NCBI GenBank assembly: GCA_965198175.1
Contig: OZ240245.1
Location: 2,848,001-2,912,000 of the forward strand
Reading direction: 5' to 3'
Origin: Candidatus Poribacteria bacterium
Lineage (GTDB): Bacteria; Poribacteria; WGA-4E; PCPOR2b
DNA: 64,000 nt
A program made the position numbers and the translations under genes. This document shows positions 10,512 through 19,556 of the stretch, in pieces. How positions within the stretch are numbered: the stretch's first letter is position 1; the number at the start of each line of letters is the position of its first letter. Under the pieces are notes generated by a model. The model was not told the DNA's origin. It made no database searches and worked only from the letters and a program-made list of their open reading frames with translations.

Positions 10512-11021
10512 CTAAAGCCTAGCTAGCAGGTCTTGTTTCTTTAATTCAAATTCTTCGTCCGTTAGGACTCCCTCGCTTCTCAGCGCTGCAAGTTCCCGTA
10601 TCTGTTCGACAACATCAACGTGGGAGTCTTCCGGCGGAGTCTCCTGTTCCTGTTTCGTTTTGAATACCCCAGCTCGTGAAAGCGCCCATACACTACCAAT
10701 CACTAAAACCAGCAGCAGCAGCAGTGAAATGTTCTGAGGATGCCAGCGGTGCGGACCAGCTCCGGCGTTAGACATCACCGCCCAAAAAGCCAACAATCCT
10801 ACTAGCAGCGGCATAATGAAGGCAATGCGCATCTCCATCCGACCGCTTGCCCAACATATCCCAACGCACAGACCAATTAATGCACCGCCCAAACCCCATA
10901 AAAAATACAACTCATGATCCGATTTCGGATCTAACGACCAAATCAGCATTCCCGCAATTCCGAACCCTACAATACACGTGATCGCCTTCGTAATTCCTAG
11001 TGCAATCCTACTAGAATTCAT
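10512..11021 (-). CDS. Four-TM membrane protein with C-terminal SHOCT domain (paralog 2)
   Basis: Shares IGSVWALSRAGVFKTKQ and the SHOCT motif with 9728..10258. Confidence 0.8.
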   Translation of the reverse strand: MNSSRIALGITKAITCIVGFGIAGMLIWSLDPKSDHELYFLWGLGGALIGLCVGICWASGRMEMRIAFIMPLLVGLLAFWAVMSNAGAGPHRWHPQNISLLLLLVLVIGSVWALSRAGVFKTKQEQETPPEDSHVDVVEQIRELAALRSEGVLTDEEFELKKQDLLARL

Positions 11022-11196
11022 CGTATTCTATCCTCCCTGTTGTTATGAATTAAGGCGCCAAGAGCCAATGGCAATTGACGCGTGGTGTTATTACTGACTG
11101 ACCACCGACCACTAGCCACCAGACACTGTCTTTCTGATTGAAATCGAGAGCGGGCGCAGGTTCGATGCGCCGGGCAATCGCCGACATGGCTGCAAT

Positions 11197-12009
11197 TCAG
11201 TAATCGACAACGTTGCAAAATTGAAACAGCTTCTGTGCACGATCCGATAATCCGTCGTATGTCTCAGGCGGCACTTTCACCGCACCGCCGATGCTAATCC
11301 ACGACAACGCGTAGCAGACCACGATTTCGGGACGCTGTCCCTCGGAGGTGTTGGGCGTGCCGCGATGCAGTGTGCGGGGATCCTGTATCCACATCGTGCC
11401 TTTTTTCATGTTCAGTCGTTGGGCAGATGGAAAGTTGCCCTGGGGCAGCACCTCATGGTAATGGTTCTCTAGCTCCGGATTCGCGATATACTGCGTTGAA
11501 GGCAGCACCTCGAAACTGCCGTTCGCCTCGCAAGTGTCCACGAGTGGAAACTTAACGGCCAGTGACGGACACGTGTCAAGCCCGACATACGGAATTTCTT
11601 TCGCCAGTCCGATGTCCCTATGCCAAGGCTGAAACTCGCTGCCCGGATACGGGTTGTTGGAATGGAAACACTTGATGTAGAAATCGTCTCTACCCCAATA
11701 ACGCCTGAAAACCTCCAGAATGACCGCATTCTCGTACACCTCCGGATCGGCGAACGGCGGCACCCACGGGATGGTCAGCGTGTAGCGGTTGGTGAACTGT
11801 TGGCGGCCGTAGCCGGTGCGCAAGTCCCCCCACTCTTTGGGCGCGATAATGTCTTCCCGCGTCCTGACATGTTCAAGCATCGGCATAAACGCCTCTCGGA
11901 TGCGGTCTACGGTCTCGACCGACAACACATCCTCAAGCACCGCGAACCCGTTAATCCTCAACTCGGCTACCTTTAGATCGAAGTCTATGTCTTCGCATCG
12001 TGCAGTCAT
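11197..12009 (-). CDS. Phytanoyl-CoA dioxygenase (PhyH) family Fe(II)/2-OG dioxygenase
   Basis: QPWHRD (HxD) and TLHRGTPN motifs; GGAGG RBS before ATG 12009. Confidence 0.85.
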   Translation of the reverse strand: MTARCEDIDFDLKVAELRINGFAVLEDVLSVETVDRIREAFMPMLEHVRTREDIIAPKEWGDLRTGYGRQQFTNRYTLTIPWVPPFADPEVYENAVILEVFRRYWGRDDFYIKCFHSNNPYPGSEFQPWHRDIGLAKEIPYVGLDTCPSLAVKFPLVDTCEANGSFEVLPSTQYIANPELENHYHEVLPQGNFPSAQRLNMKKGTMWIQDPRTLHRGTPNTSEGQRPEIVVCYALSWISIGGAVKVPPETYDGLSDRAQKLFQFCNVVDY

Positions 12010-12291
12010 GGATCCTCCGTCGGTCATTTGCTGATATAGGTTTTCTAACACTAAATCCAAATCCGAAGGTACAAAGATTGCGCTCGTTGTGGCGACTCTG
12101 GTAACCCAATGATTAAGAATCGTTAACCGCAAAACGTGACAGTTGCAAATTCGATTGTATCATAGTAGGTTCTACCACGTCCAGAGAAATGGGAGGGGGA
12201 ATCTGCATTACCTTAGGTCGACTTTTGGATCTGTGCTATCATATTGGCAATCACATTTCAAAACGCAACCCAAGAAAAGGAGAAAGAAGCC

Positions 12292-12501
12292 ATGAAGCAC
12301 GAAAAATGGAGCTGTCCTAAATGCAGCAATGATGAGTTCGAAACGGATATATTCCAAGCAACAGGCGGTACATTTGCCAAGCTGTTCGATGTCCAAAACA
12401 AGAAGTTCACTACCGTTTCATGTACGCGATGCCAATACACCGAAATCTACAAAGCGGATACCTCACGCCTAGGTAACATCTTCGATTTCTTCACGAGTTA
12501 A
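12292..12501 (+). CDS. Small zinc-ribbon protein (YpzJ/DUF2082-like)
   Basis: CPKC...CTRCQYTEIY with ATGG.FAKLFDVQNKKF; AGGAG RBS. Confidence 0.8.
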   Translation: MKHEKWSCPKCSNDEFETDIFQATGGTFAKLFDVQNKKFTTVSCTRCQYTEIYKADTSRLGNIFDFFTS

Positions 12502-12698
12502 CCGAACATGCAGAGGGCAATGCAGTTGTTGAAGCTATTAAAGCCTTAAATGCAAAACCGTCTTACTGACCACCGACTGCTGTTTGTACTGCGTAAAGTT
12601 GCAATCTCTTTACACAACGGGACAACCGGGGTCAAGAAATGTTTGGATTGTCAGCTAGCCACGGTAAAGTAAGGATATCTCCATCCTTCAAGGTCGAA

Positions 12699-12935
12699 AT
12701 GTCCGATAATTACCCTTATCGGATATAATCACCCCCTGAAACGTCCGATAAGTGGAACCGTTCTCCAAAAAGAAGCGTTTTTAGAGTCACAGTTCTCGTT
12801 GGCATAGTGGGAAACACCGTAGAATTTAATTGCCGAGAAGCTAGATATAGACTCGATTTCCAACCCTTTTCGCCCCTAATCATTCTAAGGAGAGCGAAAC
12901 GCAAAATCATCAGTTCGAAAAACAATGTCCGATAA
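12699..12935. promoter_or_regulatory. Putative recombination site of the adjacent tyrosine recombinase: 11-6-11 inverted core plus two direct half-site repeats
   Basis: ATGTCCGATAA-ttaccc-TTATCGGATAT at 12699-12726; ACGTCCGATAA at 12741-12751; ATGTCCGATAA at 12925-12935. Confidence 0.7.
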
Positions 12936-12947
12936 GGAGAGCACGAT

Positions 12948-13850
12948 ATGAACGAACATTTACAAGACTACCGAGACTATCTCTACGAACTAGACAAATC
13001 CGAGAAAACAGTTCAAGCCTACATGACAGATCTGCGCACCTTTTCACACTGGTTCGAGACTGAGACGGGAGAACTCCTAGTTCCCGAAAACATCACACCG
13101 CTCGATGTTATCGACTATCGCAAAGATATGATCGACCTGGGTAGAAGACCGTCGACCATCAATCGCCACCTAATCAGTATCTCCAGCTTCTGCCAGTGGG
13201 CGCACAAGCATGACCTCATACCTAATAACCCTGTTGAAGGCATTCGCCCTGTTGCTGAGGAACCGCTTGGACCTGCCGCGCTAGAACGAAAGGAACAGCT
13301 TGCGTTGGTCAGGACGGTTCGAAAATCGGGTAACATCCGCGATTTGGCGATTGTCACGATGTTGTTGCACACGGGTATACGGGTAAACGAACTCTGTAAC
13401 CTTCAAGTTTCTGATATTATTTTATCTAAGAATAGCAATATGATTACCGTCCGTGAAGGTAAAGGCACTAAGCGGCGAATCATCCCGTTAAACCCAACGG
13501 TAGTAGGGGTTTTAAAGGACTATCTGGAGTCACCTAACAGAAACCGCACTCGGATCACAGGGATACCTGCCGACTTGTCTCAGCGCCTCTTTTACGGGCA
13601 AAAACGGATGCCACTCACGGATCGCGGGGTTCGTTATATCATAAAAAAATACGCATATCTTGCAAAAATAGAGCATGTATCTCCGCACGCTCTTAGACAT
13701 ACCTGTGCAAAGAATCTTATTGATGCTGGACAACCCATCAATAGAGTCGCAAAAATACTCGGACATTCAAGTGTTAATACGACGACAATTTATACAATGC
13801 CTACAGAGCGAGATTTACAAAAGACAATGGACAGCATATCGTGGGAGTAG
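12948..13850 (+). CDS. XerC/TnpI-like tyrosine recombinase
   Basis: SAM-like N-domain; catalytic R (HTGIRVNE), K (GKGTK), HALRH, LGH, Y (TTIYT). Confidence 0.92.
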   Translation: MNEHLQDYRDYLYELDKSEKTVQAYMTDLRTFSHWFETETGELLVPENITPLDVIDYRKDMIDLGRRPSTINRHLISISSFCQWAHKHDLIPNNPVEGIRPVAEEPLGPAALERKEQLALVRTVRKSGNIRDLAIVTMLLHTGIRVNELCNLQVSDIILSKNSNMITVREGKGTKRRIIPLNPTVVGVLKDYLESPNRNRTRITGIPADLSQRLFYGQKRMPLTDRGVRYIIKKYAYLAKIEHVSPHALRHTCAKNLIDAGQPINRVAKILGHSSVNTTTIYTMPTERDLQKTMDSISWE

Positions 13851-14058
13851 ATATGTGAATTTTAGATAATTTATAATATTTCAATATAATCCTATGCTAT
13901 ACACAATTGACATTTATACATAACATCGATTTCCATTGCCTTGATGAAACCTTTTATGTTATAATCCCAGTATTGTATAATGTTGCGATGGCTTAAATCA
14001 TAAATATTGTGATTTAGCAAACTTAGCCTTATGAAACCCCATAAACACTGAGGACACT

Positions 14059-14448
14059 ATGAAAGAATACCGACAAGCGAAAAACTCACTAAAGAAACAG
14101 ATAAGCCTATTGCTACCAATCGAAGTTTACGAAGGCGCCAAACGCGACTCACAACGATACAACAGATCCATGGCATACCACATTGTTGAAACGCTTCGGA
14201 TAACCTATAGCAAATCAATCGAGGAGATACAAGCGGAAAAAGAGGCGGCTGCCCAACATAAAATTCTTCAGGAGTTGAAGGAAAAGGCGGCTGCTGCGGG
14301 CAAATCAGAAGAACTAGTTCAGGCGATAGAGACAGTGTTCCACCGATTCACCCAAGTCAAAACGTCAAATGACTTTACGGAAGATTTCCAGCAAGATATA
14401 ATGACCTTCGCCGCGATGATGCTGGAATCAGAGGCATCGACAGAATAA
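14059..14448 (+). CDS. Hypothetical protein, possible N-terminal ribbon-helix-helix DNA-binding domain
   Basis: KKQISLLLPIEVYE...RSMAYHIVETL resembles an Arc/RHH pattern; GAGGA RBS. Confidence 0.55.
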   Translation: MKEYRQAKNSLKKQISLLLPIEVYEGAKRDSQRYNRSMAYHIVETLRITYSKSIEEIQAEKEAAAQHKILQELKEKAAAAGKSEELVQAIETVFHRFTQVKTSNDFTEDFQQDIMTFAAMMLESEASTE

Positions 14449-14497
14449 GGGCAAATCGTTCGGTCAACGAAGCACCTTTTACATAAATTCCTCAATC

Positions 14498-14550
14498 CAA
14501 ATCCTCCCCCTTGCTAAGGGGGAGCTAGAGGGGGTCGGGTGCATGCACAC
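14498..14550 (+). repeat. REP-like palindromic repeat, copy 2
   Basis: Matches 267-320 with 5 substitutions and 1 indel. Confidence 0.8.
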
Positions 14551-14766
14551 CCGCTAAATCCCACATCCGGTCTGAATCAAGCAATTCCAAAATTCAATAA
14601 TCCGCACGATCGGAAGATCCGAATTTACAGAAAGTTAACTTCACCCTCACATCCGAGGGTTGACTGTAACACCTATGCCACGCCCTTGTATCAATGCTAC
14701 AACACCACTCTCCTGTATAGCCTCCATACAACCAGACCTAGCCAGTAAAATTACGAGATTTGGTTT

Positions 14767-14781
14767 TGGCATTCAAATTGC
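14767..14781 (+). promoter_or_regulatory. Candidate sigma-54 (-24/-12) promoter
   Basis: TGGCATTCAAATTGC: GG-N10-GC with TGGCA and TTGC boxes, ~80-100 nt upstream of the TolB-like cluster. Confidence 0.55.
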
Positions 14782-14863
14782 TCTCTATAAGGCGATGGAA
14801 ATCTCAGCTCCGAAGCATAACGGAGCAAACCTACCTTAAATCAGTTTCATCTCTCTACAAAAG

Positions 14864-16834
14864 ATGGAGGTAAGTAAAATGGGCGTTCGTCCAATTTCTC
14901 GACAGATGGTCATATACATCTGCCTCGTTTCCCGCATTGCTACAGCGCTAGTGCTAATAATTCCGAGCTCGATTTATGCGAGGGACTTAGATGATAAGAT
15001 CGTCTTTGTTTCCAATCGTAACGCTACTCCCGAAATATTCCTAGTTGAAGGTTGGGACGCCAACCCGATTCAACTCACACGCAATATGTTCGCAAGTGCG
15101 CCCGCAATTTCTCCTGACGGCACAGAGGTCGTCTTCGTCTCTAGTCCACCGGGAGGACAATCGGACATTTTCAAACTGCATATCGCAACGAATCGAATCG
15201 AGAAATTGACGGTCGCCGCCGAATGGGATGCGAGCTACTCGGATCTCGATTGGTCGCCCGATGGACAGCAAATCCTGTTTATCACGTCTATAGGCGCTCA
15301 CGAAGGTGATAAAACCAATCTGAGCGTGATGAATATGAACTCTCGCGACATACGGCATATTCTTCAACCAGACCTACCGACTCGTATTTCTAATCCCAGT
15401 TGGTCGCCCGATAGTCAGGACATATTATTTAGCCAAGAAGATGAAGGGCTGCTACATGACAGGCTATTCATTACTGACGACAATGGGAACAACGTTGTTG
15501 AGGTGAGGCAAGAAGAACTAAAATTCTTAACCGATGCGTCGTCCTTTCACATAAATACAATCCCCGCTTGGTCACCGAGTCGGCACAAAATCGCTTACAT
15601 CACCTTAATTGAGAGCCACCGCACGCCGCCGAAGCCGCTTCAAATTTACTCTATGAACCTGGCTGATGAGAACATTGCGCCTCTAACAACTGAACGCGCA
15701 GTAAACAGCGTTCCGATGGCTTGGAGTCCAGATGGACAGCAGCTCTTATTCACCGTTATACCGTTCGACCAAGAGGCTGAATCGAATGACATCTATGTCA
15801 TGGACTCCGATGGAACTAACATGATAAATCTGACGCAGTCAGCGGAAAATGAAGGGTTTGCAAGCTTGTCGCCCTCCGGAAAAGAGATTGTGTTTGACAA
15901 ATTTATAGGGGAAGAGAACAGCGCAATTTACGTGATGGACGCAAACGGCCGAAATCCCCGGCAATTGACGTTTGAACCCGGTTTAAACGCAGCACCTTTT
16001 TGGTCTCCAGACGGGGAAAAAATCGCGTTCCTCTCAAATCGGGATGGCGGGCGGAGAATTTACACGATGGATCGTGAAGGCAACAATATCCAACAAATCA
16101 CACATCGCCGGCGCAAATTCGACGGGGCGCCGGCTTGGTCGCCAGATGGGAAATGGATTGCTTTCGGGTCTGGCGATAAAGGGAGTTGGGGGTTATATCT
16201 CATCGAACCGCAAGGAAACAACGAAAGACTCATTTATCGTTCAAACTTAAGCTCGCTCGATAGTGTGGCTTTATTCCGTCCGGCCTGGTCGCCCGATAGC
16301 AAGAGTCTGGTTTTCGTCGACCCTTGGGGCGAAGCCAGCGTGGGTTTAGTGAAGATTCAGATTGACGAGGGTATGCCAACGCAGATAAACAATGAAGAAC
16401 TTATATATTGGCTAAGCGCTGTATGGTCGCCGGATGGAAACAGTCTCCTTTTCAGTGCAGCAAAGAAAAAGGATGATCCATTCTATATCGATCAAATACC
16501 TACAGTATTCTTGCCGAACCTCAATACCTCGGAACGCCGTGAGTTTAACTCGTGGGGCATCCTCCATTTAGATTTTAAATCAGATTGGAGTTTTCGCCGG
16601 TTAGTTTGGGCGCCGGATGGCTCGCAACTCATGCTGTCAATCGAGCAAAAAGGCATGGACACTCAACACGACAAGCGGCTCTATTTGATTGATACCGCGA
16701 GCGAAACGGCGAGCTTTTGGATGAAAGATGCGGCGGAAGCAGATTGGGTCAGACCGGGCTTTGTGTATGCAGTGAACCCCCGTGAAAAATGGATTTCAAC
16801 ATGGGCGGAATTGAAAAAGCCAGAAGTGCCATGA
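14864..16834 (+). CDS. Secreted TolB-like/PD40 tandem beta-propeller protein with C-terminal TW[AG] motif
   Basis: Many WSPDG repeats; signal-like N-terminus; ends AVNPREKWISTWAELKK; true start may be 14879 or later. Confidence 0.85.
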   Translation: MEVSKMGVRPISRQMVIYICLVSRIATALVLIIPSSIYARDLDDKIVFVSNRNATPEIFLVEGWDANPIQLTRNMFASAPAISPDGTEVVFVSSPPGGQSDIFKLHIATNRIEKLTVAAEWDASYSDLDWSPDGQQILFITSIGAHEGDKTNLSVMNMNSRDIRHILQPDLPTRISNPSWSPDSQDILFSQEDEGLLHDRLFITDDNGNNVVEVRQEELKFLTDASSFHINTIPAWSPSRHKIAYITLIESHRTPPKPLQIYSMNLADENIAPLTTERAVNSVPMAWSPDGQQLLFTVIPFDQEAESNDIYVMDSDGTNMINLTQSAENEGFASLSPSGKEIVFDKFIGEENSAIYVMDANGRNPRQLTFEPGLNAAPFWSPDGEKIAFLSNRDGGRRIYTMDREGNNIQQITHRRRKFDGAPAWSPDGKWIAFGSGDKGSWGLYLIEPQGNNERLIYRSNLSSLDSVALFRPAWSPDSKSLVFVDPWGEASVGLVKIQIDEGMPTQINNEELIYWLSAVWSPDGNSLLFSAAKKKDDPFYIDQIPTVFLPNLNTSERREFNSWGILHLDFKSDWSFRRLVWAPDGSQLMLSIEQKGMDTQHDKRLYLIDTASETASFWMKDAAEADWVRPGFVYAVNPREKWISTWAELKKPEVP

Positions 16835-16840
16835 TGATTC

Positions 16841-17659
16841 ATGCGCTCAGATTCCACTAAGTTGAACAGAACCCCAAACCAAATGCCAGGAGGATCTCAA
16901 ATTAGACCGAATCTGTTTTGCATCATATCGCTCTGCCTACTGAGTTTGATACTGAGTTGTGGCGATGACGAAGATGAACCCTCAATTGATATTGTCAAGG
17001 CACCGACTGATAGTCGAGAAGATGCGGTAGCCGTCCCTGACGTGGACGACCTCGGGTTGATTGATCCTGATCCAGGTGAGGCAATCGATCCGCCCGAACA
17101 AGAAGTTATCCAGCCCGAAGTAAATCCCATCCAAGATGCAATCGATGAGGTTTTGAATCGCATGCGTGAGGGATATGAAAAGGAAGATCTCGACCTGTAT
17201 CTGAGTGCGTTCTGGACAGATGGATTTCGTTACACCGCCGATATGGCAACGGCTCACGATCGATTCGACGATCTGACATTCGATGAACTCAAGCTCGAAG
17301 GACAATCTGCAGCGAGGGTTTTTGCACATTTCCAGGATATTGGGCTGCAAATTTTCCGCCCTGCTCAGATTGTCAGCGAAGCCCCCGAACGAATAGAAGC
17401 CATGACCCATTATCGTGTCCAAGCGTTCGCGAACGATGGGCACGCTCTAGAAGGCGGATTTCTCGCATGGTATGCGGAAGGAGATGCTCGCTTTACCTTT
17501 GAACTCCGTGAGGAGGAGTGGCGGATTACGAAATGGCTTGATGACGCCTTTAACACGAAAGCGATACAGATTTTCAGCGAGGGAATCAATCCGGGCGCTG
17601 ATGTCAATCCTGTCGACAAGTTGGCATCGACATGGGGCATCATTAAAATCCAGTTCTAG
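16841..17659 (+). CDS. Putative lipoprotein (acidic linker, possible SnoaL/NTF2-like domain) with C-terminal TWG motif
   Basis: Lipobox LILS-C; ends DVNPVDKLASTWGIIKIQF. Confidence 0.7.
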   Translation: MRSDSTKLNRTPNQMPGGSQIRPNLFCIISLCLLSLILSCGDDEDEPSIDIVKAPTDSREDAVAVPDVDDLGLIDPDPGEAIDPPEQEVIQPEVNPIQDAIDEVLNRMREGYEKEDLDLYLSAFWTDGFRYTADMATAHDRFDDLTFDELKLEGQSAARVFAHFQDIGLQIFRPAQIVSEAPERIEAMTHYRVQAFANDGHALEGGFLAWYAEGDARFTFELREEEWRITKWLDDAFNTKAIQIFSEGINPGADVNPVDKLASTWGIIKIQF

Positions 17660-17672
17660 AGGAGCCATAGTT

Positions 17673-19421
17673 ATGAAGTATTACATTCTGTTCACGATAG
17701 CTCTTACTTTCATCTCATTGTTAGCGAGCGCGAACGAGCAGATTCTGTTTGAATCCAACCGACATGGGAACGATGAGATATATAGGCATTTTCCCGGCGT
17801 CAGAACCCAGAGACTCACATTTGACGAAGGCGGGGATTACGATCCGGAGTTGTCGCCCGATGGGACAAAGATGGCGTATGCCTCACGTATCAATGGAGAT
17901 TTAGAAATTGCCGTCATGGATCTCAAGTCTGGTAAACGCCAGCAACTTACATTTTCACCCAGGAGCAATCTTCAGCCAACCTGGTCACCGGACGGAAGTC
18001 GTATCGCTTTTGCTTCAAACCGAGATGGAGACATGGATATATATATCATGGACGCCGACGGAAAGAACGAGTCAAATGTGACCGACAACTCCCCTTGGGA
18101 CGATAGTTCGCCCCATTGGTCGCCGGTAAGTGAAAAGGTTGTGTTTATCTCTTATCGAGATGATCTGTGGGATGAAGTCTATATGCTTGATGTACAGACC
18201 GGTATTGAGCGAAAACTCACAACCTCATCCTATTTTGCGGCTCATCCCAGATGGTCGCCGAACGGATCCCAGATTGCCTACCTTTCGACGGAAGTGCCTG
18301 AATTCGCGCCGCAGACTACAGCGATATGGCGCGTGAAGTCGGATGGTTCAGAGCTGCAGGCACTGGTGACACAAGGAGAGGCAAACACGCATCCGAAATA
18401 CTCCCCTGACGGAAAGTGGATTGCGTTTGTATCTTATAGAGACCTCAACACGGACATTTATACTTTGAACCTCGAAACCCAAGAACTGACACGTTTAACA
18501 ACACACCTTGGCAACGACTCGTACCCCGAGTGGTCTCCAGACGGCAAACGGATTGCCTTCATGTCCAGCAGAGACGGCAATCCCGACATCTTTACCATGA
18601 CCGTCGACCGAGAGCAGCTAACCAATCTGACCAAGAGCGGTTCGACTGAATACTATCCCACTTGGTCGCCCGATGGAAAAAAAATCGCTTTCAGTCGGAA
18701 GATGGGAGACACCAGCACCAGGATTTACGTGATTGATAGCGGGGGCGGAAATGAGGTCGAATTGGTTGACTTGCTGTTTTCAAACACCTTTTCGGCGTGG
18801 TCTCCGCAAGGAGACAAAATCGCTTTTGTGAATCGCCCAAAGCGGGGAGAGCCGAAGTCGCGTATTTATACGATTGACCCTGATGGTCAAAACCTACAAG
18901 TAATATATGAAGATGCGGACGAACGGATTGGGGAAATCACTTGGTCCGCTGATGGGACTCAGATTATTATCAATCAAATTCGCGGTCCAATCGCCTTCCT
19001 CGACACGGGGACCCATGAAGTCCACACAATAAACGTGCAAGTAAGCAATCTCTACACTCTCGATTGGTCACCCAACGGTCGATACATTATTTTTTCAGCG
19101 CCAATGCCAGTCGAGATTCGTGAACCGCGTCACGGCGTCTTCATCATCGATCGCGACGGGAATGCCTTACGGACCATTTTTATGGACACGCCCCCGTTTA
19201 CAAGGACGGATGGCCTTACCTGGTCACCGGACGGGAACAAGATGCTCTTCGGTCATGACGGTAGGTTATACACGCTTGACTTGGAAAGTGAAGCCACTGA
19301 ACTTCTCACTGAATCAGGCAGCAATCCTGATTGGCAGAATCCTTCTCGCCCTCGCTCTGTCTCTCCGCAAAACATGCTGAATACCACATGGGGCGAGATG
19401 AAAAAAAGTGAGAATCGTTGA
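17673..19421 (+). CDS. Secreted TolB-like/PD40 beta-propeller protein with C-terminal TWG motif
   Basis: AGGAG RBS then MKYYILFTIALTFISLLASA signal peptide; WSPDG repeats; ends SVSPQNMLNTTWGEMKK. Confidence 0.88.
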   Translation: MKYYILFTIALTFISLLASANEQILFESNRHGNDEIYRHFPGVRTQRLTFDEGGDYDPELSPDGTKMAYASRINGDLEIAVMDLKSGKRQQLTFSPRSNLQPTWSPDGSRIAFASNRDGDMDIYIMDADGKNESNVTDNSPWDDSSPHWSPVSEKVVFISYRDDLWDEVYMLDVQTGIERKLTTSSYFAAHPRWSPNGSQIAYLSTEVPEFAPQTTAIWRVKSDGSELQALVTQGEANTHPKYSPDGKWIAFVSYRDLNTDIYTLNLETQELTRLTTHLGNDSYPEWSPDGKRIAFMSSRDGNPDIFTMTVDREQLTNLTKSGSTEYYPTWSPDGKKIAFSRKMGDTSTRIYVIDSGGGNEVELVDLLFSNTFSAWSPQGDKIAFVNRPKRGEPKSRIYTIDPDGQNLQVIYEDADERIGEITWSADGTQIIINQIRGPIAFLDTGTHEVHTINVQVSNLYTLDWSPNGRYIIFSAPMPVEIREPRHGVFIIDRDGNALRTIFMDTPPFTRTDGLTWSPDGNKMLFGHDGRLYTLDLESEATELLTESGSNPDWQNPSRPRSVSPQNMLNTTWGEMKKSENR

Positions 19422-19556
19422 TACGATTCGTATAACACGATCATTCGCACAACGGCTTTATAGGATGTCTAAACTTTACACGTAATATGCAACACGAATT
19501 ACGCTTCATGATTCACATCTAAATTCGTTACAACTCGTGAAAAAGGAGGGATAGTT

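Noticed and set aside
11092..11128. Degenerate heptamer run (ACTGACT GACCACC GACCACT AGCCACC AGACACT)
   Set aside because: Short low-complexity intergenic repeat with no supportable function
14789..14836. GGCGATGG...CCTACC, also fluoride-riboswitch-like
   Set aside because: Lacks the GTTCGCC pairing strand and the TGATGAC core
17472..17672. N-terminal extensions in the ORF track (also 33879..34937, 35909..36784, 39249..40247)
   Set aside because: They overlap upstream genes or lack homology; downstream starts with RBS or signal peptides fit better
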